Positions 1 to 9,837 are shown, counted from the first letter of the stretch. The stretch: 64,000 nucleotides of DNA from Hydrurus foetidus (GCA_900617105.1 UYFQ01000001.1:3286001-3350000), one strand, 5' to 3'. Translations and numbers: made by a program. Notes: generated by a model from the sequence alone, not told the origin.

Positions 1-13
1 CAGGAGATGCACC

Positions 14-466
14 ATGACTTTTTTACGCACGCTTGGCCTGACCGTTTTGTTGGCTGCTGGCACACTGGCCCAAGCCGCTGACGGCATGGTGGAGATAAAA
101 AGCCCATACAGCGCCGCAGTCACCATGACGCGCTTGGAAGACGCTGCCAAACAACGCGGCTTGGTGGTGTTTGCACGCATCGACCACGCAGCGGGTGCCG
201 CCAAAATCGGCAAAACGCTGCGCCCAACTGAGGTGCTGATTTTTGGCAATCCGCAAGGCGGCACGCCATTGATGGAATGCGCGCAAACCGCAGGCATTGA
301 TTTGCCTTTGAAGGCGCTGGTGTGGGAAGACGCGGCGGCCCAAGTTTGGGTTGGCTACAACGACCCCGCGTTTTTGGTGCAGCGCCACGGCGCGCCGCAA
401 TGTGCAGTGGTCGACAACTTGCGCAAAGCACTGGCCGGGCTGGCTGACACCGCTGTAGCCAGGTAA
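14..466 (+). CDS. DUF302 family exported protein
   Basis: AGGAG RBS, signal peptide, motifs VFARIDH, IFGNPQGGTPLM, DLPLKALVWED. Confidence 0.85.
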   Translation: MTFLRTLGLTVLLAAGTLAQAADGMVEIKSPYSAAVTMTRLEDAAKQRGLVVFARIDHAAGAAKIGKTLRPTEVLIFGNPQGGTPLMECAQTAGIDLPLKALVWEDAAAQVWVGYNDPAFLVQRHGAPQCAVVDNLRKALAGLADTAVAR

Positions 467-489
467 AAGCGCATGTCAGTTAGCGCGTG

Positions 490-765
490 TCAGTTTGGCG
501 GCTTGCCGCTGAAGGTGAGTTTCATCACCAAAATTGCAATCGCCAATGCCAGCGTAATGGCGTTAGCCACCACAATTGGCCACGCACCCATCAACAGGCC
601 GTATACCAGCCACAGCGCCACGCCTACTGTGAAGGCGCTGTACATGCCCAGCGACACACCGCTGACGTTGCGGGTTTTAAAAATCAGCCACACCTGCGGC
701 ACAAAGCTGGCCGTTGTCAGTATGGCGGCAACGGTGCCAATGATGTCGACGGTGCTGGGCGCCAT
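490..765 (-). CDS. SemiSWEET / PQ-loop transporter
   Basis: 91 aa, 3 TM segments, TTASFVPQV and LWLVYG...PIVVAN motifs. Confidence 0.9.
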   Translation of the reverse strand: MAPSTVDIIGTVAAILTTASFVPQVWLIFKTRNVSGVSLGMYSAFTVGVALWLVYGLLMGAWPIVVANAITLALAIAILVMKLTFSGKPPN

Positions 766-767
766 GC

Positions 768-2249
768 CTACTTGCTGCCTTCTTTCACAGCCCAGTCCAC
801 CAACGCCTCAAGCGCCGGGCGGGCGGCTGCCGCGTTCGGGTGATTGATCACACTGACCACCACCAGGCGACGGCCGCTTGGCGTGTGCACGTAGCCAGCC
901 AGCGCCGTAGCGTCGCGCAGGGTGCCGGTTTTTAAATGGGCGAGGCCTTGCGACACGCGCGACTTGCTGCGCCGCAGCGTGCCGTCTACGCCGGTAATCG
1001 GCAGCGACGTCATCAGCTCGGGCATCACACTAGACGCATACGCGGCTTGCAACATGCGCGCCAGCCCTTGGGGCGTGATGCGCTCCTGGCGCGACAAGCC
1101 CGAGCCGTTGTCCAGCGTGGGCAGATCTTGCTCGCCAAAACGTTCGCGCCACCAGCTGCGCACCACCTCGCGTGAGGCTTCAAAACTCGCTGGCCCCGTG
1201 TTGGTGTTGCCTACGCGCGGCAAACTCAGCGTTAAAAAAAGCTGCTGCGCCATCACGTTGTTGCTGTATTTATTGATGCCTTCAATCGTGTCGGCCAGTG
1301 TGGGCGACGTGACTTCAAACACCGGGCGCACACCAGTTGGGGCACGCCCTTCGCGCACCCGGCCGCTTAATTTGCCGCCAATTTCTTGCCACATGCCTTG
1401 CACGGCACGTTCGGCGTAGCTGGCGGGGTCGGCATACGCAACAGGCCATACCTTTTCGCCACAGGCTGGCGAGTAAGTGCCTTTAAAACTGATGCGAAAC
1501 GGGTCACTGAAATCAGCCGCCAGCGCGCCCCGGTAGTCACCACAATCAGCCAAAGCAGCGCCGTTTTTACCCGCAGCCAGCGGCACACTGGCCTGCATTT
1601 GCACGTTGGCCAGCGGCGGCTCAAAACTGACGCTGGCCACGCCTGCACCGGGGTTGGGCACAAACGTCATGACGACCGATTTGAAGTTGATCAGCAGCGC
1701 ATCGGGCGCGGCGTTGTAGGGCCGCAGCGGCTCGCCGTCAAAGTCTGCCGGGTTAGGCGGCTGCGTGGCAAACGCGCTGCGGTCCAGCAAAATATCGCCG
1801 CTGATGGTTTTAATGCCCAGGCCCTGCACGCGCCGCAGCAGCAGCCACAGCCGCTCCAGCACCAGCTTGGGGTCGCCCTTGCCCTGAATAATCAGGTTGC
1901 CATTGAGCGTGCCGTTGGCTATGGCGCCGTCGGTGTACACGGCGGTGTTCCAGGTGTAGACAGGGCCGAGCAAATCAAGCGCCGCGTAAGTGGTCACTAG
2001 CTTCATGACCGATGCGGGGTTAACCTGCGCGTTGGCGCGGTAGCTGAGCAGCGGCACCCCCTTGCCGTTCAAGGCCGGGGCGGCATCAATCACCACAGCG
2101 GCCAGCGCTTCGGGCGGCACCTTGGCGCGGGCCAGTGCGGCGCTGACTTCAGGCGGCAGCGTTTGGGCGCTGGCGAGCAGGCTGAACGTAGCAAGACAGG
2201 CCGCCAGCAGCGGTCTAGTGACTTGGGCGGCGTAAGGTGATGGGCGCAT
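768..2249 (-). CDS. dacB: D-Ala-D-Ala carboxypeptidase/endopeptidase PBP4 (S13)
   Basis: PASVMK, SNN, DNGSGLSR, KTGT motifs. Confidence 0.95.
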   Translation of the reverse strand: MRPSPYAAQVTRPLLAACLATFSLLASAQTLPPEVSAALARAKVPPEALAAVVIDAAPALNGKGVPLLSYRANAQVNPASVMKLVTTYAALDLLGPVYTWNTAVYTDGAIANGTLNGNLIIQGKGDPKLVLERLWLLLRRVQGLGIKTISGDILLDRSAFATQPPNPADFDGEPLRPYNAAPDALLINFKSVVMTFVPNPGAGVASVSFEPPLANVQMQASVPLAAGKNGAALADCGDYRGALAADFSDPFRISFKGTYSPACGEKVWPVAYADPASYAERAVQGMWQEIGGKLSGRVREGRAPTGVRPVFEVTSPTLADTIEGINKYSNNVMAQQLFLTLSLPRVGNTNTGPASFEASREVVRSWWRERFGEQDLPTLDNGSGLSRQERITPQGLARMLQAAYASSVMPELMTSLPITGVDGTLRRSKSRVSQGLAHLKTGTLRDATALAGYVHTPSGRRLVVVSVINHPNAAAARPALEALVDWAVKEGSK

Positions 2250-2320
2250 GCGCAGATTATCGGGTGGGCCATTGGCAGCTCGCGCTGCAGGCGGGATAAT
2301 CAGGTTCGGGTTGAAACATA

Positions 2321-2375
2321 TGCTACGTTATTAATAGCTGCTCGCGCCCGTATTTATTGTCTAAAACCCTTATTT
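2321..2375 (+). repeat. Dispersed 55-bp repeat, copy 1
   Basis: tgctacgttattaatagctgctcgcgcccgtatttattgtctaaaacccttattt. Confidence 0.85.
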
Positions 2376-2376
2376 A

Positions 2377-3138
2377 ATGCTTAAAAACGGCCATTTTCTT
2401 GCGTTTGATACCTCAACCGACGTGATGTCGATTGCGCTGACTGACAAAAGCTGCGCGGGAGGCCGCGTGTGGCAGCACACCGGGCCGGGCGGCGCCAAGG
2501 CGTCGACCACGTTGATTCCCGCCATTTTGGCTTTGCTGGCTGAAGCTAATCTGGCGCTGGGCGACTTGCAGGCGATTGCGTTTGGTCGGGGGCCGGGGTC
2601 GTTTTCAGGGCTGCGCACGGCGTGTGCGGTGGCGCAGGGCTTGGCTTTTGGGGCCAATCAGGGGGCGGGCATTGCCGTGCTGCCGATTGATACGCTGCTG
2701 GCCGTGGCTGAAGAGGCGCGCTTTCTATCTGGCCCCGGCTTGCAGCGCATCACGGCCTTGCTCGACGCCCGCATGGACGAAATGTATGTACAGCGCTACA
2801 CCTTAAGTAGCGGTGAGTTGATTGCAGACGGGCGCTGCGAGTTGATTCGGCCTGAAGACTTGCCAGTCGATGCGGCGGCGCAGTTGTTTGCTGGTAATGT
2901 TTTTACGGTGTACGCTGACAAGTTGTCTTTAAGCCTGACGACGCTCACCTGTTTGCCCACCGCCACGGCTTTGTTGCGTTTGGCTCCCGCGTTGGCGGCC
3001 AGCGGGCACTGCGTGCGTGCTGAGCTGGCGCTACCGCTGTATGTTCGCGATAAAGTAGCGCTGACTACCGATGAAAGAGCAGCAGTCAGCCGTGCAAAGC
3101 AAGCGCTTGCCCAAGCCAGCGCAGTACCGGCAAATTGA
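2377..3138 (+). CDS. tsaB: tRNA t6A biosynthesis protein TsaB
   Basis: LAFDTS, GPGSFSGLR, LDARMDE, PLYVRDKVA; lies upstream of rimI. Confidence 0.93.
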   Translation: MLKNGHFLAFDTSTDVMSIALTDKSCAGGRVWQHTGPGGAKASTTLIPAILALLAEANLALGDLQAIAFGRGPGSFSGLRTACAVAQGLAFGANQGAGIAVLPIDTLLAVAEEARFLSGPGLQRITALLDARMDEMYVQRYTLSSGELIADGRCELIRPEDLPVDAAAQLFAGNVFTVYADKLSLSLTTLTCLPTATALLRLAPALAASGHCVRAELALPLYVRDKVALTTDERAAVSRAKQALAQASAVPAN

Positions 3139-3145
3139 AAGCACC

Positions 3146-3649
3146 ATGAGCGCCGTTTTTAAACCTGTTGAATCGCAAGAGGCCCAGTTTGAGCCCATGA
3201 CCGCCGCGTGGCTGCCGCCCGTGGTGGCGGTGGAGCGCAGCGCGTACACCTACCCGTGGACGCTCGGTAACTTCAGCGATTCAATCGCGGCCGGGTACCA
3301 GGCGCAGTTGCTGACTGGCGGTGCGCCGCACCCGGTGCTGCTCGGCTACTTTGTGGCCATGAAGGGCGTGGACGAAACGCATTTGCTCAACATCACGGTG
3401 GCGCCTGCGCATCAGCATTGCGGCTGGGCGCGCGTGATGCTTGACGCGCTGGCGATGTGGTCCCGGGCCGAAGGCGCGCTGTGGCTGTGGCTGGAAGTGC
3501 GCGCCAGCAACGCGCGTGCAAAATTAATCTACGAGCGCTACGGCTTTCGCGCAGTTGGCCTGCGCAGCGGCTACTACCCCGAAGGTGGCAAAGGCCTGTT
3601 GGGCGGGTCCGCGCGTGAAGACGCGATTGTCATGAGTTTTAAATTGTGA
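3146..3649 (+). CDS. rimI: Ribosomal protein S18 N-acetyltransferase
   Basis: YPWT, HLLNITV, LEVRASN, YY...EDAIVM; start moved to the ATG at 3146. Confidence 0.92.
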   Translation: MSAVFKPVESQEAQFEPMTAAWLPPVVAVERSAYTYPWTLGNFSDSIAAGYQAQLLTGGAPHPVLLGYFVAMKGVDETHLLNITVAPAHQHCGWARVMLDALAMWSRAEGALWLWLEVRASNARAKLIYERYGFRAVGLRSGYYPEGGKGLLGGSAREDAIVMSFKL

Positions 3650-3659
3650 GCAGTGCGCT

Positions 3660-4421
3660 ATGAGCCTAGCTTTAGGCAACCGGCAGTTGGCCATGCTGCG
3701 CGAAATGGGCGTGCGGGTGTGGCAACCTGCGCCCCCAAGCAAGGCGGATGCAACCGCCACCGTGCCAATTGCCACTGCACTGCGGCCTGCAATTGCTATT
3801 AATACAGGAGCTGCTAGCGCCCGAATTGAAGGCGTCACAGGCACTTTAGAGCCTAAAAAACGGCCTGCAGCGGCCGATTTGGCTCCACCGCCTTCAGCTG
3901 CGCCGCCAGACGGCACCCGTGCCGAGTCGGCTTGGCAAATCGGCGCGCTGCAATCGTTGTATCCCGCGCCAGAGGCCAGCACCGCGCCCCGCTGGCTGGT
4001 GCTGCTAGAAGCCCCCGCCAGCGCCTTGCAGGCTTCGTTCAACGCTTTTGAAGGTGATGCAGGCAAGCTATTGGGCAACATGCTCCGCGCCACGGGCATG
4101 CACACACTTGGCACGGTGCAGTTGGCGCCGCTGGTCAGGGGCAGCAGCGCGAGTCAAGCCTTGCCCGGTGCATTGCTTGAGTTGCTGGCCAGCCAGGCGC
4201 CCGATGTGCTGCTCGTGATGGGGCGGCTGGCAGCGCAGGCGGTGCTGCAGTCGGCCGAGCCGCTTGCCAAGCTGCGCGGCCAGGTTCATGCTGTGCCAGG
4301 CGAGCAACGTGCCATACCAACCATCGTGACGCTAGACCCCGCATATTTGCTGCGAAACCCGCTGGATAAAGCCAAGGCCTGGGACGACTTGTGCCTGGCG
4401 CTGAGTTTGAAGGCTGCTTGA
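3660..4421 (+). CDS. Uracil-DNA glycosylase family-4-like protein, degenerate
   Basis: AGKLLGNML, LRGQVH, PAYLLRNP.DKAKAWDDLC; Fe-S cysteines and catalytic His not seen. Confidence 0.8.
   Translation: MSLALGNRQLAMLREMGVRVWQPAPPSKADATATVPIATALRPAIAINTGAASARIEGVTGTLEPKKRPAAADLAPPPSAAPPDGTRAESAWQIGALQSLYPAPEASTAPRWLVLLEAPASALQASFNAFEGDAGKLLGNMLRATGMHTLGTVQLAPLVRGSSASQALPGALLELLASQAPDVLLVMGRLAAQAVLQSAEPLAKLRGQVHAVPGEQRAIPTIVTLDPAYLLRNPLDKAKAWDDLCLALSLKAA
3794..3848 (+). repeat. Dispersed 55-bp repeat, copy 2 (in frame in the UDG-like gene)
   Basis: tgctattaatacaggagctgctagcgcccgaattgaaggcgtcacaggcacttta, translated AINTGAASARIEGVTGT. Confidence 0.8.
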
Positions 4422-4423
4422 TT

Positions 4424-5320
4424 TCAGCTTGACGTTTTTAACTGGCGCGGGCTGCTTGAGGCCAACACCGTCACAATTGCCACCGCCATCAGCACCACGG
4501 CCGCCCAGTCTTGCCAGTGCAGCACTTCGCCTAACCACAGCGCGCCCGTAAACACACCCACGATGGGTACCATCATTGTGCTTAGGGTGGACGCAATCGG
4601 CGGCAAACTGCGTGCCAGCGTGAACCAAGCCGCGTGGGTAAAACCAAAAATCATCACGCCGTTGTAAACGATTGCGCCCCAGGTTTGCGCGGGCGGCATG
4701 CGCCATTGGTCGCGCTCAAAAATGGCCGACAACACGCTCAGCACCACCGCAGCCAGCAGCGTCATCCAAAAAGAAATGGTCAGCGTGCTGGCTGGCAGTT
4801 TCGTCATCCGCAGCCGCTGCGTGCCGACTGCCCACACCGCCGCTGCCGTCAGTGCGAGTGCCACGCCCAGCGGCTTGCCGGCTAAATTGGTCAGCTCATT
4901 AAACAAGAGCAGCGACACGCCAACAGCCGCAGCTGCCACGCCCAGCCACTGCAGCGGTTTGAGGCGCGTTCGGTAAAAAAACGCGCCCAGCACCGCCGAA
5001 AAAACCGGCATGGTGTAGCCCAAAATAGCGGCCCGCCCGCTGCTGAGCAAACTCACTGCCACAATGATCAGCGCGTGCCACACAAACATGTTGGTCACCG
5101 CCAGCCAGAACAATTCTCGCCAATCGCGCCGCGCCACAAAAAACGGCACCTTCATGGCCGCCAAAGCCAGCCCCAACACCGGCACGCCCAACCACAGGCA
5201 AATCGCGCGAAAGGTAAGTGGCGGGTAGCCGGTTACGCCCAGCTTCATCACTGGCCAGTTCACGCCCCAGGTCAGGGTGACGAGCACGATCAAGATGAGT
5301 TGTTTGCGGCTGAGGTGCAT
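4424..5320 (-). CDS. DMT/EamA family transporter
   Basis: About 10 TM segments, WGVNWPVMK, two EamA halves. Confidence 0.9.
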   Translation of the reverse strand: MHLSRKQLILIVLVTLTWGVNWPVMKLGVTGYPPLTFRAICLWLGVPVLGLALAAMKVPFFVARRDWRELFWLAVTNMFVWHALIIVAVSLLSSGRAAILGYTMPVFSAVLGAFFYRTRLKPLQWLGVAAAAVGVSLLLFNELTNLAGKPLGVALALTAAAVWAVGTQRLRMTKLPASTLTISFWMTLLAAVVLSVLSAIFERDQWRMPPAQTWGAIVYNGVMIFGFTHAAWFTLARSLPPIASTLSTMMVPIVGVFTGALWLGEVLHWQDWAAVVLMAVAIVTVLASSSPRQLKTSS

Positions 5321-5378
5321 TCGTTGTGAAGATCTGAATAGGCAGGGCCTTGATTGTGTAGCTTCTTACAATCGCAGC

Positions 5379-6221
5379 ATGAGCACTTCCCCGACCTTTC
5401 TCGACATGCTGCGCGCCACCGAGCATCAAAATCAATCCCTGCTTTGTGTGGGCCTGGACCCCGAGCCCGCGCGCTTTCCGGCCAAGCTTAAAGGCGACGC
5501 CAGCAAAATTTATGATTTTTGCGCCGCCGTGGTCGACGCAACGGCTGACCTGGTGATTGCTTTCAAGCCGCAAATTGCCTACTTTGCCGCACACCGCGCT
5601 GAGCAGCAGCTTGAGCAGCTCATGGCCCACATGCGCCGCGCTGCGCCGCATGTGCCGATTATTCTGGACGCCAAGCGCGGCGACATTGGCAGCACGGCTG
5701 AGCAGTACGCGATTGAAGCATTTGAGCGCTATGGCGCAGACGCAGTCACGCTGTCACCGTTTATGGGATTTGACTCGGTCGCCCCTTATTTAAAATACCA
5801 CGGCAAAGGCGCTTTTTTGCTCTGCCGCACGTCTAACCCCGGCGGCGATGACTTGCAAAACCAGCGGCTCAGCTCGGTTAAAGGTGAACCCTTGTTGTAT
5901 GAGCATGTAGCCGCACTGGCCCAAGGCCTATGGAACTTAAATGGCCAGCTTGGGCTGGTAGTGGGGGCAACTTACCCGTTTGAAATTGAGCGCGTACGGC
6001 GCGTAGCGCCCACGTTGCCGCTGTTGATACCCGGCATTGGCGCGCAAGGCGGCGACGCAGCAGCGGCGGTGCGGGCGGGTTATCGGTCAGGCGCGCCAAT
6101 TATTGTCAACTCATCGCGGGCCATTTTGTATGCGGCGGCGGGTGACGATTTTGCTGCCGCGGCTCGAGCCGAGGCCTTGAAAGCTCGGGATGTGCTGCAA
6201 AAAGCTAAAAACATCGCGTAA
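5379..6221 (+). CDS. pyrF: Orotidine-5'-phosphate decarboxylase
   Basis: LCVGLDP, DAKRGDIGST, PGIGAQGG, NSSR; start moved to 5379. Confidence 0.96.
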   Translation: MSTSPTFLDMLRATEHQNQSLLCVGLDPEPARFPAKLKGDASKIYDFCAAVVDATADLVIAFKPQIAYFAAHRAEQQLEQLMAHMRRAAPHVPIILDAKRGDIGSTAEQYAIEAFERYGADAVTLSPFMGFDSVAPYLKYHGKGAFLLCRTSNPGGDDLQNQRLSSVKGEPLLYEHVAALAQGLWNLNGQLGLVVGATYPFEIERVRRVAPTLPLLIPGIGAQGGDAAAAVRAGYRSGAPIIVNSSRAILYAAAGDDFAAAARAEALKARDVLQKAKNIA

Positions 6222-6306
6222 CACTTTTTCGGGCATAACGTCCTGTTAAAGCCGTGACTACATAACGGCGAGCCATTAACCTACAGGTCTTGATGACTTC
6301 TGGTTA

Positions 6307-8292
6307 ATGCCCATGCTGGATATTTTAGAAACGCAAGCTTCGGTTTGCGATCAGAGCACTGCTGTACCCCTTGCTTCTTTACCCATTGCAACCGCGCGCA
6401 ACCCGGGCGGCGACCCAAGTAACCCGTTGTCGGCCGATGCATCAAGCTTGAAGCTCAGCTCAGTTGCCGCGTTGTCTGCCGCCCTGCTGGCAGCCTGCGG
6501 TGGTGGCGGGGGCGGGGGCGGTGCTGGCACCAGCCCAGTGGGTGGTGGGGTGGCCACTGCGCCTTCCGCGGCGACGGAAGACATCAATACCAACATTGGC
6601 CCTGCGCCCACGGTCAAGGTGCCGCCAGCGGCAGGTTTTAACAACTTCGCCAAAGCGGACACTGATGAGCAGGCCGCGCGCTTTTTGCTGCAAAGCCAGC
6701 TCAGTGCGTCTGACCAAGACATCAGCAACCTCAAAGCCGGTAACTTTGCCGGCTACCTGCAGCAGCAGTTTGCGCGTCCCGCCAGCCAAAGCGGCTGGGA
6801 CTGGCTGGAAAGCCGGGGCTACGGCGTATCAGACGCGAATCGCTACTTTTTTACCACTTACCCGGCCGAATACATGCTGTGGAAGCAACTGTTCACCTCG
6901 CCAGACGGCATGCGTAAACGCGTGGCGCTGGCGTTGTCTGAGTTTTTTGTGTCGTCCATGCAGTCGGCAGAATTTACCTGGCGCAGCCATTCGTATGCGC
7001 AGTACTGGGACATATTGGTGGGCAACGCGTTTGGCACTTATCGGCAGTTGCTCGAAGAAGTCACGCTCAGCACCGCCATGGGTTACTTTTTAAACACGCA
7101 GGGCAACCAGAAAGAAGACACCAAGAGCGGCCGCGTACCCGATGAAAATTACGCTCGTGAAGTCATGCAGCTGTTTTCTATTGGTACGGCGCAACTGAAC
7201 CTGAACGGCACCGAAAAAACCGTCGGCGGCAAAAAAGTTGACTCGTACACGCAAGCCGATGTGACCAACCTCGCCCGCGTTTTCACCGGATACCAGTTCG
7301 ACAATTCCGATGGCGAAAGGCTACCGGTTTACAGAGAAGACGGCAGCACCGAGAACTACACCGTTGACGGCCGCCAGTCCGTGCGCAAACGCATGGCGCT
7401 AAATGAAGGCCGACATTCGACTTTAAGCGCCACCTTTTTAGGCGTGACGATTGCAGCCAACACGCCGGGCGCCTTGGCGCTGAAGACTGCGCTCGACACG
7501 CTGGCCAACAACGAAAACACCGGGCCATTTTTTGCCAAGCAAATGATTCAGCGCCTGGTCACCAGCAACCCCAGCCCCGACTACGTTGAGCGTGTGGCGC
7601 GCGCCTTCAACAATAACGGCGCAGGGGTTCGCGGCGACTTAAAAGCCGTTTGGGTGGCGATTTTGCTCGACGACGAGGCGCGCGGCACGACGTCTCTGGC
7701 CAGCCCCACGTTTGGCAAACTGCGTGAACCTATGGTGCGGTTCATTCAATGGGGCCGCACGTTTGGCTTGGCTTCTGGTTTTAATTCGTGGAAGGTCAGC
7801 GCTACCCGGGGCACCGACGACTCGCTGGGGCAAAGCCCGCTGTTTGCACCGTCGGTGTTCAATTTCTTCAGGCCCGGATTTGTGCCGCCCAACACCGCGT
7901 TAGCCACCGCCCAAGCGCCTGCGCCGGAGTTTCAGTTGGTCAATGAGACCACCGTGGGCGGTTATTTGAACTACATGCAAAACGTGATTCGCGGCGGCAT
8001 TTACGTGCCCAACCCGGACGTAGCGGCAGGCACGTTCAAAAATTATCTGCCTGATGTGAAAGCCACTTATGCTGCCGAGCTGCCGCTGGCAACCGACGCG
8101 GCGGCGCTGGTCAAACGCTTAAAGCTGCTGCTGTGTGCAGGCCAACTTTCTGCTGCTACTGAAAAAATCATGGTCGATGCACTCAATGCCAAGCCCGTCA
8201 CAGCCAGCAGCAGCGCCGACGAAAAACTCAATCGCATTGGCGCGGCTGTATTGATGGTGATGGGCTGCAGCGAATATTTAATTCAAAAATAA
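6307..8292 (+). CDS. DUF1800 family protein (possible lipoprotein)
   Basis: PDENYAREVMQLFSIG, LVTSNPS, GKLREP, SVFNFF motifs; LLAACGGG lipobox-like segment; start uncertain. Confidence 0.88.
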   Translation: MPMLDILETQASVCDQSTAVPLASLPIATARNPGGDPSNPLSADASSLKLSSVAALSAALLAACGGGGGGGGAGTSPVGGGVATAPSAATEDINTNIGPAPTVKVPPAAGFNNFAKADTDEQAARFLLQSQLSASDQDISNLKAGNFAGYLQQQFARPASQSGWDWLESRGYGVSDANRYFFTTYPAEYMLWKQLFTSPDGMRKRVALALSEFFVSSMQSAEFTWRSHSYAQYWDILVGNAFGTYRQLLEEVTLSTAMGYFLNTQGNQKEDTKSGRVPDENYAREVMQLFSIGTAQLNLNGTEKTVGGKKVDSYTQADVTNLARVFTGYQFDNSDGERLPVYREDGSTENYTVDGRQSVRKRMALNEGRHSTLSATFLGVTIAANTPGALALKTALDTLANNENTGPFFAKQMIQRLVTSNPSPDYVERVARAFNNNGAGVRGDLKAVWVAILLDDEARGTTSLASPTFGKLREPMVRFIQWGRTFGLASGFNSWKVSATRGTDDSLGQSPLFAPSVFNFFRPGFVPPNTALATAQAPAPEFQLVNETTVGGYLNYMQNVIRGGIYVPNPDVAAGTFKNYLPDVKATYAAELPLATDAAALVKRLKLLLCAGQLSAATEKIMVDALNAKPVTASSSADEKLNRIGAAVLMVMGCSEYLIQK

Positions 8293-8352
8293 CCCGCCGC
8301 CTCAACGTAGTTCAATTTCTGGCCTCCCAGTTAACCAAAAAAGATATCCAGC

Positions 8353-9837
8353 ATGTATTTGATTGATCCCCAAAGTCATTCCCGCCGCGCTTTTTTGCGC
8401 CGCTCTGCACAGCTTGCTTTTACAGGTGTGGCGCTACCTACCGCACTTAATTTGGCGTCAATGGGCGAGGCCGCTGCCTTCGGCGCTGCTGATGGCACTT
8501 ACAAGGCGCTGGTTTGCGTGTTCATGTACGGCGGTAATGACTACGGCAACACGCTGATCCCGTACGACGACGTCAGCTACAACAAATACAGCAACATTCG
8601 TGGCGGCGGAGGTGGGCAAACTGCGGGGGGAATTGCGCTGGCTAAAGCGGATTTGGCGGCGACGCTGCTCGACTCAACGGCGGGCTTGCCTGCCGGCCGT
8701 CAATACGCTTTTCACCCGTCTATGACTGGCCTGAAAGGTCTTTTTAACAGCGGGCAAGCCGCTGTGCAACTGAACGTGGGCCCGCTGGTGGTGCCACTGA
8801 CCAAAGCGCAATACGAAGCAAAAGACCGCACTACGTTTCCACTGCCGCCCAAACTTTTTTCGCACAACGACCAGCAAAGTGTCTGGCAATCGTCATCGCC
8901 TGAAGGCTCAACCATTGGCTTTGGCGGCAACATGGGCGACCTGGCCATGGCGTCTAACACCAACTCGTTGTTTACTTGTATTTCAGTGACCGGCAACGCG
9001 GTGTTTTTAGCCGGCGACTCCGCGCTGGCCTACCAGGTCAGCTCGAACGGCGCGGTCAAAATCAATAGCCTGGCCAACGGCGTGTACGGCTCGTCTGCGG
9101 TGCAGGGCGCAATGAGCCAGTTGATTCAGCAAAACCGCACGCACGTGCTGGAGGCTGAATACAACAACATCACCCGGCGAGCGGTAGGCGCGGAAGGCAG
9201 CATCACCTCGGCAATCGGCACCAGCGCGTCAGTGGACGCAGACGCCCGTTTTGCGCCTTTTGCCGGCATAACGAATAACGCCCTAGCGTCGCAGATGAAG
9301 ATGGTTGCCCGCCTAATTGCCGCGCGCGGCAGCTTGGGTGCCAAACGGCAAGTGTTTTTTGTGTCGCTCGGCGGTTTTGACCTGCATGACAAGCTCATGA
9401 CCAACCACGTCACCAACATGACGCGCGTGAGTGACGCGATGACTGCTTTTCATCAAACCACGGAAAAATTGGGCGTAGCCAACGACGTCACCGCGTTCAC
9501 AGCATCAGACTTTGGCCGCACCCTTACCAGCAACGGCGACGGTTCAGACCACGGTTGGGGCAGCCACCACTGGGTAGTGGGCGGCGCTGTAAAAGGCAAG
9601 GCGTTTTACGGCACTGCACCGCCCGTAAGCGTGGGCAACACCGACTCGCCAGACGATCAATGGCATGTTGACCAAGGGCGCTTGTTGCCGAGTACATCGG
9701 TTGACCAGTACGCCGCCACATTAGCGAAATGGTTTGGGGTGTCTGAGGCTGAAATGAAGGATGTGCTGCCCAATATCAACAGCTTTGGCGTAGCTGGGGG
9801 TCGGCCAGATTATCCAATTGATCTTGGGTTTTTGTAG
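8353..9837 (+). CDS. DUF1501 family Tat-exported protein
   Basis: SRRAFL Tat motif, LVCVFMYGGND, LFSHNDQQ, SDFGRT, GSDHGWG. Confidence 0.9.
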   Translation: MYLIDPQSHSRRAFLRRSAQLAFTGVALPTALNLASMGEAAAFGAADGTYKALVCVFMYGGNDYGNTLIPYDDVSYNKYSNIRGGGGGQTAGGIALAKADLAATLLDSTAGLPAGRQYAFHPSMTGLKGLFNSGQAAVQLNVGPLVVPLTKAQYEAKDRTTFPLPPKLFSHNDQQSVWQSSSPEGSTIGFGGNMGDLAMASNTNSLFTCISVTGNAVFLAGDSALAYQVSSNGAVKINSLANGVYGSSAVQGAMSQLIQQNRTHVLEAEYNNITRRAVGAEGSITSAIGTSASVDADARFAPFAGITNNALASQMKMVARLIAARGSLGAKRQVFFVSLGGFDLHDKLMTNHVTNMTRVSDAMTAFHQTTEKLGVANDVTAFTASDFGRTLTSNGDGSDHGWGSHHWVVGGAVKGKAFYGTAPPVSVGNTDSPDDQWHVDQGRLLPSTSVDQYAATLAKWFGVSEAEMKDVLPNINSFGVAGGRPDYPIDLGFL

